DNA of 64,000 bases from Candidatus Latescibacterota bacterium (GCA_965206595.1 OZ242214.1:5152001-5216000), one strand, 5' to 3'. Positions 11,814-24,681 are shown, numbered from the stretch's first letter. Numbers and translations are program-made. Notes: generated from the sequence alone by a model not told the origin.

Positions 11814-14800
11814 TTGTATGCCCTTTCCCCCTGTACGACATCCTTCCGGTTCCATAACAAACCACACAACCGATTGTTTTTTTACAACTTTTTAGTGGTT
11901 GTACGGCCCCTGTCACTACCCGGAGGACTCGCCGGGTTGTGCCTTGTCGGTAGTTTATTCGCCACTGCTTCGGGCACTGGGGGCGAGTCCCTTAGGGAAC
12001 GCTCCGACGACGAGTTCGGGCTGGCGCGCAACCTGTTTCGCGACGCCGGCGACTACGGCACCGCCTCCCGGTTGTTCGCGGAGTTCATCCGCAATTACCC
12101 CCACCACCGCAACATGCCCGAAGCCCGGCTGCTTCTGGCGCGGTCATACGCCCGTAGCGGGCGTTGCGAGCAGGCCGTCCCGGCCTATGAGCAGTACCTC
12201 ACGGAGCATCCCGAGCATCTCGGTACGGCAGAAGCGAGGCATGAGCGCGCTGTCTGTTGGGAGGAACTCGGGGAGTTCGCGCGCGCGGCCGAGGCGCACG
12301 AAGAGATCCAGCGATTGTTTCCCGCGGGCGAATTCGCAGTGCCCGCCCTGCTCGATGCAGCGTCCAACTATGCTAGGGCGCTGAACTTGCCGGCTGCGGT
12401 CGCCGCCTACGAGCACCTGATCGCAGAGTACCCCGGCCACCGACTGGCCTCCAGGGCGCGCTTCAACATGGCACGCATCGCCTTCGCCTCGGGCAAGGCC
12501 GATCGGGCGCAGCGGCTGCTCGATCAGATCACCAGCTCGGGCCGGGACACAGAGGCCGTAAAGGACGCCTATCTGCTGACGGGCCGCATCCAGCTCTTTC
12601 TCGGCAAACCCGCCCTGGCCGAGCAGGCCTACGAGGGGCTGCGCAAGCGATACCCCCGCTCCGACCATGCGGACAGCTCCTGGTTCGACCTCGGGGATTT
12701 CGCCATTGGAAAAGGGCAGTTCGACCGAGCGGTCGAAGTTTTCGACCAGGCGCGCAAGCAGGTATCCGATCCCGGGTTGCGTAGGCGGGCGGAGCTTGGA
12801 GCGGCCGAGTCACTGCGTCTCAGGGGCCGTTACAGGGCCGCCCTGAAACACTATCGTCCGCTTGCAGAGGATTCGGAAGCGGGGGACCTGACACGGGCCT
12901 CGGCTCAGCTCGGGGTCGCGGTATGCTATGGCCACACAGACCGCTTCGCCGAAGGGATCGCTTTGTTTCTGGGAATCATTCAACAACCTGCATCCCCCGA
13001 AACCTCCGCTTTTCGGGCCGAGGCCATGAAAGAGTTGGCGGCGCTTTACCGCCGTCGCGGTGATCTGACCCGCTCCGCTACCTGGTTCAGGCACTATCTG
13101 AGCAATGCGGAGGTCCAGGATGCCAGAGCACAGGCACAGGTGCGCCTCAACCTTGCCCAGGTTCTCGATGCGGCAGGGTACAGCAACGACGCGATTGCCC
13201 AGTTCCAGCAGCTTCTGCACACAGATGCAGCTCTTGCGGCACAAGCGCAACTGGGTATGGCACATGCCTACGAGAACGGCGGCCTCCCGGCCTTTGCGTT
13301 GCAAGAGTACCTGACTTTTCTGGAGCGCTTTCCCGCCCACGCGCTGGCTGCAGAGGCGCGCCAACGCGTCGTTTATCTCCGCGGGTTCACCGTTATCGAC
13401 AGGTCCGGCCTGGATCGCGCATTGAGACAGGCCTGGCTGAAGGAACTCGGCGGCGCTCCAAGACAGGCGGTGCGGTTTCACGTGGCCAATTCCCTCAGAG
13501 AATACCACGATTACCCCAATGCTGTTCGCCAGCTGGAGGCATACGTTGCCGACTACCCCGGCGAAGAATCGACCGCGAAAGCCCATTTTTTCCTTGCGGA
13601 CTGTCTGCAGCTGCTGGCGCGTCAGCGTCGGCTCGAGGGACTCGATGACGACGCAGATTCACTGGGGCAAGTTGCCCTCCAGGAGTTTCGCACGCTCGCC
13701 GCTGGCGGGGACGCGCGCTGGCAGCGGCAGGCCCGCTTCCGCCTCCTCGACGCCGATCTGGAGGAAGCTGGAGCAGTCGAACGCGCCCGTCTGCTCGAAG
13801 AGCGGCTGGTCTCGTTCCGGCAAAAGAGTGTGGACCCAGAATTGCTGGCCGCGGCCGAACTGAAACTGGCCGACGCCCTCAGGGCCGCGGGGACGGAAAG
13901 CGACCATTGGCGTGCGGCCCTTGTCGCCTATCAGCGAGCCTTCGGAGAATCGCCAGGAGGAGAACAGGCACCGAGGGCACGTTTCGGGGCCGCTGTAAGC
14001 CGGGCTCGGTTGGGAGAAACCGCAGTTGCCGTCGATTCTCTGGAAGCTCTCCTTGGAGACCTTTCCGGCAGCTCCCTCATCCCTGAGATCCTGTTCGAAC
14101 TCGGCCGGACATTGATGAGCGAATCGAGAATCGTTGAGGGAGTGACCCGTTTCGAAGAGCTGCTGCTGCACTTCCCGGCTTTCCCCGAGCGCCGGGAAGT
14201 GCAGATGGCCCTGGCTTCCGCCCACTTCGAACTCGGCAGCTATCCGGCGGCCATCTCGGTTCTGCGGCAGCTGCAGGAATCAGATCCCCAAGGCGAGGTC
14301 GGCGCCGGCATCCGGCGACAACTCGCTCGCGCCTACGACCGCAACGGCGACGACCGAGCTGCCCTGGAGCTGTACGAACGCCTGTTGTCCACCCATCCAT
14401 CGGCGACCTACGCCGACAGCATGAAGCTGGCGCAGGCCCAGCTGCTTAGGGGACTTGGCCGCTTGGAGGAAGCGATCTCCCTGTTCGACGAGCTTCGCCG
14501 CAGCGCCAATGCAGTAGTGGCTTCTGCAGCTTCACGGGCGGCGGGAGATCTCCATTTCGGGAGCGGGAGTTTTGACCGCGCCTTTGCCGCCTACAAGGCC
14601 GGCCAGGGAGTTACCGTCGATGGCTTGCGAGCGGTCTGCCTGTACAAACTGGGCCGCGTCGACGCGGCCAGGAAGATCGCCGATTCCGTTCTCGACCAGA
14701 TTGTCAAAGGAGATGCATGGTACTGGATCCTCACGCTGGAATCGGGACGGTATTACCTGCGAAACCACAATTTCGGCAAGGCGCTGAAGATCTTTCGTGG

Positions 14801-15632
14801 TGCCGAAAAGCAGGCCGCAAAAACTATCGCCGTCAGTCCGGAATTCGAGATTCCCGACGAGGAGCTGGTCCGAATTACAGCGGACCCGGCAGCGGCTGCC
14901 AGCTATTTCGTCGCCACCGCGCTGTGGGAGCAGAACCTTCGAGAACCGACCGAAGAGCGAGCCGCGCGCGCTTTGGAAGCGCAAGTCCAGTTCACCCTCA
15001 AGCACGGGGAATCGGCGTTCGGCGCCAGCGTCCACCTGCGCCTCGGTCACTACTACCGGGGAGTGCTCAAACAGTTGCTGCCTGCAGCCGGGGCCTTCCG
15101 CCGTGTTGTCGACGGCGCCGGTTCCGACGAAGAAAAGCAGGAAGCGTTCTGGTCACTTCTGCTGTGTTACCGGGGCTTGTTTGAATGGGACGAGGCCCAT
15201 CGCATCGCCAGACGCCTGTTGGAGAAGTATCCCGACCACCCTCGCGCGAATGCCGTGCACCTGGAAATCGGCTACATTCTCAAGGAGAGGGGACAGTACG
15301 GCGAGGCGATCGACTATCTGGAAGATGTTCTCGAGTGGGCTCAGGGGAATGTCGCTGCCCAGGCCCGTTACTACATAGGCGAATCCTTCCAGAGGATGGG
15401 CAGATATCGCGAAGCGATCGAACGCTATTACCGCGTCTCCTTTCACGGATCCGGCGTTTTCGCCGGCTGGATCAACTCCGCCGATTTCAAACGCGCACAG
15501 TGCCACGAAGAACTGGGCGAATACGCGCAAGCGAACAGTATCTACGACCGCATCATCCGACGCGAAGGCAGCGACAGCGAATACGGAAAAATCGCCCGGG
15601 AGGGACTCGAGCGCACAAGCAAGATTCGCTGA
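11814..15632 (+). CDS. Very large tetratricopeptide-repeat protein (BamD/CpoB-like repeats), probably exported
   Basis: ~1250 aa of tandem TPR-like helices ('YEHLIAEYPGHRLASRARF', 'LLEKYPDHPRANAVHLEIG'); N-terminal hydrophobic stretch; true start probably later. Confidence 0.8.
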   Translation: MYALSPCTTSFRFHNKPHNRLFFYNFLVVVRPLSLPGGLAGLCLVGSLFATASGTGGESLRERSDDEFGLARNLFRDAGDYGTASRLFAEFIRNYPHHRNMPEARLLLARSYARSGRCEQAVPAYEQYLTEHPEHLGTAEARHERAVCWEELGEFARAAEAHEEIQRLFPAGEFAVPALLDAASNYARALNLPAAVAAYEHLIAEYPGHRLASRARFNMARIAFASGKADRAQRLLDQITSSGRDTEAVKDAYLLTGRIQLFLGKPALAEQAYEGLRKRYPRSDHADSSWFDLGDFAIGKGQFDRAVEVFDQARKQVSDPGLRRRAELGAAESLRLRGRYRAALKHYRPLAEDSEAGDLTRASAQLGVAVCYGHTDRFAEGIALFLGIIQQPASPETSAFRAEAMKELAALYRRRGDLTRSATWFRHYLSNAEVQDARAQAQVRLNLAQVLDAAGYSNDAIAQFQQLLHTDAALAAQAQLGMAHAYENGGLPAFALQEYLTFLERFPAHALAAEARQRVVYLRGFTVIDRSGLDRALRQAWLKELGGAPRQAVRFHVANSLREYHDYPNAVRQLEAYVADYPGEESTAKAHFFLADCLQLLARQRRLEGLDDDADSLGQVALQEFRTLAAGGDARWQRQARFRLLDADLEEAGAVERARLLEERLVSFRQKSVDPELLAAAELKLADALRAAGTESDHWRAALVAYQRAFGESPGGEQAPRARFGAAVSRARLGETAVAVDSLEALLGDLSGSSLIPEILFELGRTLMSESRIVEGVTRFEELLLHFPAFPERREVQMALASAHFELGSYPAAISVLRQLQESDPQGEVGAGIRRQLARAYDRNGDDRAALELYERLLSTHPSATYADSMKLAQAQLLRGLGRLEEAISLFDELRRSANAVVASAASRAAGDLHFGSGSFDRAFAAYKAGQGVTVDGLRAVCLYKLGRVDAARKIADSVLDQIVKGDAWYWILTLESGRYYLRNHNFGKALKIFRGAEKQAAKTIAVSPEFEIPDEELVRITADPAAAASYFVATALWEQNLREPTEERAARALEAQVQFTLKHGESAFGASVHLRLGHYYRGVLKQLLPAAGAFRRVVDGAGSDEEKQEAFWSLLLCYRGLFEWDEAHRIARRLLEKYPDHPRANAVHLEIGYILKERGQYGEAIDYLEDVLEWAQGNVAAQARYYIGESFQRMGRYREAIERYYRVSFHGSGVFAGWINSADFKRAQCHEELGEYAQANSIYDRIIRREGSDSEYGKIAREGLERTSKIR

Positions 15633-15802
15633 GAGGTAACCGGCATCCTGCTTTACAGCCGGCAGTCGAATCCAGAATCCATCCTGGCAGGCACCGCAAA
15701 GGCCCGAGTTCGCTGTGCAGGCAGCCGAAGCGGTTCTCACCCCGACAGCTTTTTTTCAGGGGGATTCCTCCGAGGAGGATCGCAGGCGGCAGCAGATTGA
15801 GT

Positions 15803-17326
15803 ATGGCGGGCAAGAGCGAACGCATACTCCTGTTCACGCAGGACCCGCGGATGCGCGACGAAACGACCTCGGCCCTCGACGCCATGCAAGTCGTAGAAGT
15901 CCGAGAGGCTCCGGCATTGAGAAGGCTGCTCGACCGGGGCACCGACCTCGTGATCGTCGACCTCAACCTTCCCAACCGGGCGCTCACCGCAGCCGCCGCG
16001 TTGCTCAGCGACCGGCGCGAACTTCCCGCGCTTATTTTGGCGACCGGAACCGCGGCCCCGTGGCACCGGATATCTCGGGGGAACCCGCTGGAGGAGGTCG
16101 TTCAGGCGCCCGGCAGCCCCGAAGTCCTGCGCCGCCGCGTCCAGGACTTGCTGGAAAAAAGCCGATTCCTGCACGACCGCCTCGTCGGCCGCTCGGAGGC
16201 GATCCGCGAGTTGCGCGATCGCATCCTGTTGATTGCCCCGACACAGGTCACCGTTCTGGTGAGCGGCGAAAGCGGTGTCGGAAAGGATGTCGTCGCCCAG
16301 GCCCTGCACCATTACAGCCCGCGCAGCAAACGGCCGTTCAAGGTGCTGAACTGCGGCGCCATTCCAGAAAACCTGTTGGAAAACGAGCTTTTCGGTCACG
16401 AAAAAGGAGCCTTCACCGATGCACGCACCCGGTACCGGGGCGTTTTTGAGCAGGCCGACAGCGGCACCGTTTTCCTCGACGAAATAGGTGAAATGGCATT
16501 GTCCGCGCAGGTGCGGCTGCTGCGCGTGCTCGAGGAACGGATAATCACCCGCATTGGCGGCGATGCGGCCATCTCGGTCGACGTGCGCGTCATCGCGGCG
16601 AGCAACAAAGACCTGTCGCAGGCAGTGACGGTCGGCGAGTTCCGGCGCGACCTGTACCACCGGCTCAAGGTGGTCGATCTGCACATTCCGCCGTTGCGGC
16701 AGCGCCGCGAGGACATTGCACCCTTGATCGACCACTTTGTCCGCATTCACGGCCGCGATGCTCCCGCCGGTTTCGGCGGTTTTTCCGACGCGGCCATCGA
16801 ACTGCTGACGGAATACGACTGGCCCGGAAACATTCGGGAGGTGCGCAACCTCGTAGAGCGGCTGCTGTTTCTGGGTCCTCCAGGTCAGGTGGAACCCGAA
16901 GATCTGATTCCCCACTTGGAAACCCCTCCCTCCGGGATGCGGCAGTTACCGGTGGCGACCAACAAAACCCCCGATCAGTCCGAGCGAGAGTTGATTTACT
17001 TCGCCCTGCTCGACCTCAAACGAGAAGTTTCCGAGCTGCGGCAGTTGGTCGACGAGCGCCTGGGCAACCGGACGCCGCTTCCTCCGCGACCGATCTACCA
17101 GGTCGATGAAGAGATCAAGGAAGAGTCCGGGATATACGGTCCCGAGTTCGAGACCCCAGAGATCGGGTCTCCTCGGACCGGGGTGCGCCCGCTCAAGGAG
17201 TTAGAACGGGAAGCGATCGAGCAGGCCCTAAAAAGGGTAAACGGCAATCGCAGACAGGCCGCGGAAATGCTCGGGATCGGGTTGCGCACCCTCTACCGAA
17301 AGCTCGTTGAATACCGTCTGAAATGA
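15803..17326 (+). CDS. Sigma-54-dependent Fis-family transcriptional activator with degenerate receiver domain
   Basis: Walker A 'GESGVGKD', 'ELFGHEKGAFTDA', 'FLDEIGEM', 'WPGNIRE', HTH 'GNRRQAAEMLGIGLRTLYRKL'. Confidence 0.92.
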   Translation: MAGKSERILLFTQDPRMRDETTSALDAMQVVEVREAPALRRLLDRGTDLVIVDLNLPNRALTAAAALLSDRRELPALILATGTAAPWHRISRGNPLEEVVQAPGSPEVLRRRVQDLLEKSRFLHDRLVGRSEAIRELRDRILLIAPTQVTVLVSGESGVGKDVVAQALHHYSPRSKRPFKVLNCGAIPENLLENELFGHEKGAFTDARTRYRGVFEQADSGTVFLDEIGEMALSAQVRLLRVLEERIITRIGGDAAISVDVRVIAASNKDLSQAVTVGEFRRDLYHRLKVVDLHIPPLRQRREDIAPLIDHFVRIHGRDAPAGFGGFSDAAIELLTEYDWPGNIREVRNLVERLLFLGPPGQVEPEDLIPHLETPPSGMRQLPVATNKTPDQSERELIYFALLDLKREVSELRQLVDERLGNRTPLPPRPIYQVDEEIKEESGIYGPEFETPEIGSPRTGVRPLKELEREAIEQALKRVNGNRRQAAEMLGIGLRTLYRKLVEYRLK

Positions 17327-18756
17327 TCGCCCCTGCGCAAGCATGCGCCACGACCCTTGCGTTGGCGTTTGCCATTACCCCGGCCATGGGACAAGATCCG
17401 GAAGTGGCTGCCAGGGCTCAGCTCGAGAACCTGGGGCAGGCGTTTCGCACGGTCTACGAACGGGCATCGCCCGCCGTCGTGCTGATCCGGACCACTCCCA
17501 GCGCTGTGGCGATCCGCCGCCTGCTGCCTCCATTCCACCCCGAGGTCGAAAAAGATGATTTAAACTGGTTGGCCTCGGGTACGCTGGTAAGTACAGACGG
17601 GTACGTTCTCAGCAATCATCACGTAATCAACGGCGCCGATTCTATCAGTGTCGTTCTGTCTGACCGGCGCGCCTTCCCTGCTACCGTAGTCGGGTCCGAC
17701 TCCCTGATCGACATCTCCGTTTTGAAGATCGAGGCTGAAGGGCTACCGGTGGTCCCTTTCGGTCGCTCGGACGCCCTCCGCATTGGTGACTGGGTTCTGG
17801 CCATCGGCCACCCACTGGGGCTCGGTTCGACCCTCACACACGGAATCGTATCGGCCCTGGGGCGCCAGGCCGAAGTCATTCGGGCGAACTACGCTATCGA
17901 GAGCTTCATCCAGACCAATGCCGTCATCAATCCCGGCAATTCCGGGGGACCTCTGCTCAACCTGGACGGCGAAGTCGTCGGCATCAACACCGCGATCTCG
18001 ACCCGTACCGGCTATTACATAGGATATGGGCTTGCGGTTCCCATCGACCTGGTACAGGAAGCCATGCGCGACATCCTCGAACACGGCCGCACAGTTCACG
18101 GCTATATCGGCATCTCGATGCTGGATGTCGACCAATCCCTGGTCGAGCGCGCCGGTTTGCAGAGTCCCGTTCCGCGTGGGGTCTTCATCAACAGCGTCGA
18201 CGGGGACTCTCCCGCCGCGGCTGCCGGGTTACTGCACGGCGATGTGGTGCTCGCGCTCGACGAACGAGAGGTAAACGTCAGCAACGAAGTCCAGACCCTG
18301 ATTTACGCCCGCGATCCCGGTGACCGCGTTTCTCTGACCATCGTCCGGGATGGGGATACCTTGTCCATCCCCGTGATTCTCGGGGAGCCTGAACGGGACC
18401 GCCTGCTGGCGGAAGGGAAGCGGCGACTGTCTCAGCTCGGCATTGTGGTCGGACCGCTGTCACCCGAGCGTGCCGAGCAACTCGGGTTCACACGCAAAAT
18501 TGCCGGTGACCTCGGGTTCGTCAACGGCGAAGAGGCAGTTGCCGTGCTCGAGATCGACGCCCACGGGCCAGCGGCCTCGAAAGGGATTCGACAATTCGAC
18601 ATCATTACTGAAATCGACAGGGAACGGGTCGTCTCCGCCGAAAACCTTCTTGAAGTGGTCTCGGTGCTGGAAGCGGAGAAGTCGGCTCTGTTCTGGATCT
18701 GGCGGGCAGGCCGAGGCATCGACGTCCGCGCCTTTAAAATCCAGGACAATCGATGA
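17323..18756 (+). CDS. DegP/HtrA-family serine protease with PDZ domains
   Basis: Signal peptide; catalytic triad in 'SNHHV', 'DISVLKI', 'INPGNSGGPL'; two PDZ-like regions. Confidence 0.93.
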   Translation: MIAPAQACATTLALAFAITPAMGQDPEVAARAQLENLGQAFRTVYERASPAVVLIRTTPSAVAIRRLLPPFHPEVEKDDLNWLASGTLVSTDGYVLSNHHVINGADSISVVLSDRRAFPATVVGSDSLIDISVLKIEAEGLPVVPFGRSDALRIGDWVLAIGHPLGLGSTLTHGIVSALGRQAEVIRANYAIESFIQTNAVINPGNSGGPLLNLDGEVVGINTAISTRTGYYIGYGLAVPIDLVQEAMRDILEHGRTVHGYIGISMLDVDQSLVERAGLQSPVPRGVFINSVDGDSPAAAAGLLHGDVVLALDEREVNVSNEVQTLIYARDPGDRVSLTIVRDGDTLSIPVILGEPERDRLLAEGKRRLSQLGIVVGPLSPERAEQLGFTRKIAGDLGFVNGEEAVAVLEIDAHGPAASKGIRQFDIITEIDRERVVSAENLLEVVSVLEAEKSALFWIWRAGRGIDVRAFKIQDNR

Positions 18757-19901
18757 CCGATTTCAGAGGTGCCGACGGAATGCTGCTGATCGGGGCATCG
18801 GAACAAAACGCCGATCTGCAGTACGCCAGCGGCTTCCTCGCCCCCGATCCTTTCACAATTGTACAGTCGGCTGAGGCAAGCACGATGCTGGTCAGCGAAC
18901 TCGAGATCGACCGCGCCAAGGCGCAGGGCGCCGCCGACCAGGTGCTTTCCATTACGCCTTTCCAGCACCGAGCCGCACAGCAATCCCCGCCCCTGCCCGG
19001 GGCCCATCTGTACTACGGGGCCGTGGCGCTGGCGCTGGTCGAGATCGGCCTGAAACGGCTGCTCGTCCCCGCGGACTTTCCGGTTTCGGCCGCAGATTTT
19101 CTTCGCGCGGAGGGGTTTGAGCTTCAGGTCGCCGAACCACCGCTTTTTCCGCAAAGAGCCGTCAAGAGTCCTTCCGAGCTGGAAGCGATTCATTCTGCCC
19201 TGATGGCTGCCGAGGCCGGAATGGATGCCGCCATCGCAGCGCTCCAGGCCTCCTCAGTGGATGATGACGGTCTTCTGCGGTTGGAGGGTGAAACCCTTAC
19301 TTCGGAGAAAATCCGCTATCTGATTCACTACCGGCTCCTCGACCTGAACTGCGTCGCCGAGCACACCATTGTCGCCTGCGGGGCGGCCAGCTGCGACCCT
19401 CACGAGGAGGGAAGCGGCCCGCTGCGCGCGCATCAGCCCATCGTGATCGACATCTTTCCGCGGTCGGCGGCGACGCGCTATTTCGGGGACATCACCCGCA
19501 CCGTCGTGAAGGGATGTGCCAGCGATGATTTGAAGCGCATGTACGACACCGTTCGGCGCGCCCAGGAGAAGGCGTTGACCCAAGTGCGCAACGGAGCCGA
19601 CGGCGTGGCAATCCATCGCGGAATCCTCGAGCTGTTCGAGGAGGCCGGATTTGCAACAGGGGAGCGGGATGGCCGAATGCAGGGCTTCTTTCACGGAACC
19701 GGGCATGGCCTCGGGCTCGAGATTCACGAGGCTCCTAGCATTTCCTCGCGCGGTGGCCCACTCCAAACCGGCCACGTCGTCACAGTGGAACCAGGGCTTT
19801 ACTACGCCGGCGTCGGCGGGGTGCGAATCGAGGATGTGGTGGCAGTTGCGGACGACGGCTGCAGGTTGCTTACCCGTTTTCCGAAGTTCCTCGAACTTTA
19901 G
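18753..19901 (+). CDS. M24 Xaa-Pro aminopeptidase/dipeptidase
   Basis: 'VIDIFP', 'GDITRT', 'HGTGHGLGLEIHE', 'TVEPGLY', 'RIEDVV'. Confidence 0.93.
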   Translation: MTDFRGADGMLLIGASEQNADLQYASGFLAPDPFTIVQSAEASTMLVSELEIDRAKAQGAADQVLSITPFQHRAAQQSPPLPGAHLYYGAVALALVEIGLKRLLVPADFPVSAADFLRAEGFELQVAEPPLFPQRAVKSPSELEAIHSALMAAEAGMDAAIAALQASSVDDDGLLRLEGETLTSEKIRYLIHYRLLDLNCVAEHTIVACGAASCDPHEEGSGPLRAHQPIVIDIFPRSAATRYFGDITRTVVKGCASDDLKRMYDTVRRAQEKALTQVRNGADGVAIHRGILELFEEAGFATGERDGRMQGFFHGTGHGLGLEIHEAPSISSRGGPLQTGHVVTVEPGLYYAGVGGVRIEDVVAVADDGCRLLTRFPKFLEL

Positions 19902-20073
19902 CCTTCGCCCACGAACCCCGAAAGCCAGACTGCCGGCGGCTGACGGCTGTTGTCGGAGAATTTGACGGCAAGTGAGTGGCAGGGCGTTGATTTGCGAACC
20001 CGTACCCTATTGAGGAAGTTTTTTCAGTTGGCTGAACGAACCGCAATCCGGCTGACTGTCTCTTTTCCCCCTG

Positions 20074-20523
20074 ATGCTGATGAAACGCTACAGGTTTGTA
20101 ATCGGCTCCCTGGTCATCGCGGCTGGCCTCGTCTATCTGTTCTCCACCGGGGTGCGCGAGTCGGCAGCCCATCACATGACACTGTCGCTGCTGGAGCGCG
20201 CGAATGATACGCAGTTCAGCGGCCGCCGCATCCAACTCGGCGGCTGTGCGGTAGTCAAGGGATCGATCATATGGGACGAGTACCGTCACCGGCCCGCGTT
20301 TACCGTCGGCGATGGGGAGCGCACCCTGCAAGTCAGGTACTCGGGAAACTCCGTCCTCCCCGACACGTTTCAGGATGAGGCGCTGGTGGTGATGGAAGGC
20401 CGATACCTGCCGCGGCAGCGCCTCTTCGATGCCGACATCATCTTCGCCAAATGCCCTTCGAAATACGAAGGCCAGAGTTACGAGGGCCATGTCGAGGCAA
20501 TGGGCGAAGCGCCCAAGCCTTAG
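20074..20523 (+). CDS. ccmE: Cytochrome c maturation haem chaperone CcmE, CxxxY variant
   Basis: N-terminal TM, 'LPDTF', 'VMEG', 'AKCPSKY'. Confidence 0.9.
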   Translation: MLMKRYRFVIGSLVIAAGLVYLFSTGVRESAAHHMTLSLLERANDTQFSGRRIQLGGCAVVKGSIIWDEYRHRPAFTVGDGERTLQVRYSGNSVLPDTFQDEALVVMEGRYLPRQRLFDADIIFAKCPSKYEGQSYEGHVEAMGEAPKP

Positions 20524-20558
20524 GTCCAACCCACCCCGCCAACATCTGAGTCCCTGAT

Positions 20559-22577
<2,019 letters not shown>

Positions 22578-22583
22578 ATTCTC

Positions 22584-23090
22584 ATGATCCGCGCAACCGC
22601 TGTTTTTGCCGGCGTTGTTCTGGCGTCCTGGTTTCCCGCAACCAGTCACACCGCGGCAATAGGACAGAATGAACGGCTCCCCACCCCTGAGCAGATTAAA
22701 CAAGTCGCCTCCGACCTCGTCTGTCTGTGCGGGAGCTGCAACCGTGAATCCCTGACAACCTGCGTCTGCACCGCCTTCGCCGTTCCGGAACGGGAGGCAA
22801 TTGGCCGCCAAATGGCTTCTGGAGTGAGAGACGAAGAGATCGTGGCCAGTTACGTCGAACGTTTCGGCATTTCGGTCCTTGCCGAGCCCCCTCCAGGTGG
22901 AGCACGCTGGGTCAGTCGACTGACGCCGGTCGCCGTTCTGTTTGCCGGAGTTCTCGCTGTTCTCGCGGTATTGCACCAATGGCTTCGGAGAGATAAGTCG
23001 CAGGTCGCGGAAGCCCCTCCCCAGGATGGCGAGCGCTCAGAATATGAATCCCGGCTTCGGGAAGATCTGGCGCGCATGGACAGGGAGTAA
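22584..23090 (+). CDS. ccmH: CcmH/CycL-like cytochrome c biogenesis protein
   Basis: Signal peptide, 'LVCLCGSC', 'YVERFGISVLAEPP', C-terminal TM. Confidence 0.75.
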   Translation: MIRATAVFAGVVLASWFPATSHTAAIGQNERLPTPEQIKQVASDLVCLCGSCNRESLTTCVCTAFAVPEREAIGRQMASGVRDEEIVASYVERFGISVLAEPPPGGARWVSRLTPVAVLFAGVLAVLAVLHQWLRRDKSQVAEAPPQDGERSEYESRLREDLARMDRE

Positions 23091-23098
23091 CCCAAAGC

Positions 23099-23545
23099 GT
23101 GGATATCGCGATTATCGCCACCTGCGTGGCAATGGCGCTGACGATCCTGGCATTCGTTGCAGTCCCATTGTTCGAAGCCACCTCCGGTTCGACGGCACTG
23201 CGAGCGAGTGGCCGGCGTCGATTGGCGTTGCACGAGCGCAAGGAGCAACTCTACGCTTCGATAAAGGAGCTCGAATTCGATCACTCCGTCGGCAAGCTGT
23301 CCGACGACGACTACCAGCGACAGCGGACAGTGCTGGAGGACCAGGCGGTCGGAATCCTGCGCGAGCTTGATCAGCTGAATGGGTATCCCGCCTCGGAGCA
23401 ACGCATCGCACGCATAGAGCGTGACATCGCCGAAATGCGCTCGCGGAAGGATCTTCCCGCGGCTGCGGCTTTCTTCTGTACTGCTTGCGGTGCCCCGGGT
23501 GCGGAGAGCCACCGCTTCTGCTCCCAGTGTGGCGCTCCCCTGTGA
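23099..23545 (+). CDS. CcmI-like N-terminus with C-terminal zinc ribbon
   Basis: N-terminal TM, 'LYASIKELEFDHSVGKLSDDDY', 'CTACG...FCSQCG'. Confidence 0.7.
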   Translation: MDIAIIATCVAMALTILAFVAVPLFEATSGSTALRASGRRRLALHERKEQLYASIKELEFDHSVGKLSDDDYQRQRTVLEDQAVGILRELDQLNGYPASEQRIARIERDIAEMRSRKDLPAAAAFFCTACGAPGAESHRFCSQCGAPL

Positions 23546-24681
23546 CTCCGGTAAAAGCGCTTGGCCGTATCGCCGTCCTCTATTTTGCACTGCTTCTCAC
23601 TCCGCTCTGCGGCGACACGATCGAGGCCTACGTCGTTCACGGCGAATCGGGCGAATCCCTGGGCGGCATCGAAGTCGCCTTTCTGGTCGTCCGAGCTTCG
23701 CCGGAGGAGATCCTGCGCAAGCGCACCGATGGTGGAGGTAGAATCTCCTTCTCCGGTCCCTTCCTGACCCGGGACCTTACCTTCATACTCGTCCCTTTCT
23801 ACCGCGGCATTCCCTACCCCACCGCGCGCTTGCAGGCCGGCACCCAGAAACAGATCGTTCTCGAGGTATTCGAACCGGACGGCGAGAGAGCGGATCTGAA
23901 AATCGACAACCACCGCATGGTTCTCACCGTCGGTTCGGAAAAGATCGAAGTCGCCCAATTCGTCGAGATCGAAAACCAGGGACGCGGGACCTATGCGGGA
24001 AGCGGTGATGGGGAGAAACGGCGAGTAACCGAATTCCTGTTGCCTGCCGGCGCGTTCGGCTTGCGCTCCCTTTCCGGAGATCTGAAACCGGGAGAAGCCA
24101 ACCGGTTCTTCGACACCCAACCTCTTCCCCCTGGACATTCCACAATCGCGTTTTCTTTCGAACTCGATCGGACGACCGCGGGCTCGCGATACCGCCACCA
24201 CTTCCTCTACCCGACGAAGCTCCTCGAGCTGTACCTGTCCCCGGCGGCCATTGACCTGCCGTCGCCATTCGTCGACCGGGGCGAAGTCCGGATTCACGAG
24301 CGTGCATACCGCAGGTACCTGCTCCGACCCGAGGCCGGCGCCGCCGTGGTCGACATTCCGCTGGCGGCCCACAGTCCGAAGGGCTGGATGATGAAATGGC
24401 TGGCCCTGGGGGGTGCGTTGGTGACAGCCCTGCTCGCAGCAGGAGTCAGCAGGGGACTGCAAGTCCCCGAGGAAACTGCGTCCTTGCGCGAGCAAACAGC
24501 CCTGTCCGCTGGTATAGACCCTCAGGCAAGCAGGGAAGAGCTCGAGCGAATACGCACCCAGCTCCTCACAAAGCTGGCTTCCTATCCACGTGGGGATCTC
24601 GCAAGCGATGAGCACGCACGCCGGAAGGGTCTTATGCGCCGAGCCGAGGCTGTATATCAGCTTCTGGAAGAGGATGCCTGA
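23542..24681 (+). CDS. Exported, membrane-anchored hypothetical protein in the ccm cluster
   Basis: GTG overlapping the upstream TGA; signal peptide, beta-rich body, C-terminal TM and helical tail. Confidence 0.6.
   Translation: MTPVKALGRIAVLYFALLLTPLCGDTIEAYVVHGESGESLGGIEVAFLVVRASPEEILRKRTDGGGRISFSGPFLTRDLTFILVPFYRGIPYPTARLQAGTQKQIVLEVFEPDGERADLKIDNHRMVLTVGSEKIEVAQFVEIENQGRGTYAGSGDGEKRRVTEFLLPAGAFGLRSLSGDLKPGEANRFFDTQPLPPGHSTIAFSFELDRTTAGSRYRHHFLYPTKLLELYLSPAAIDLPSPFVDRGEVRIHERAYRRYLLRPEAGAAVVDIPLAAHSPKGWMMKWLALGGALVTALLAAGVSRGLQVPEETASLREQTALSAGIDPQASREELERIRTQLLTKLASYPRGDLASDEHARRKGLMRRAEAVYQLLEEDA

Noticed and set aside
15185-15802. 206-aa N-terminal extension of the sigma54 activator
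   Set aside because: Overlaps the TPR gene in another frame and is low-information; ATG 15803 is the plausible start.
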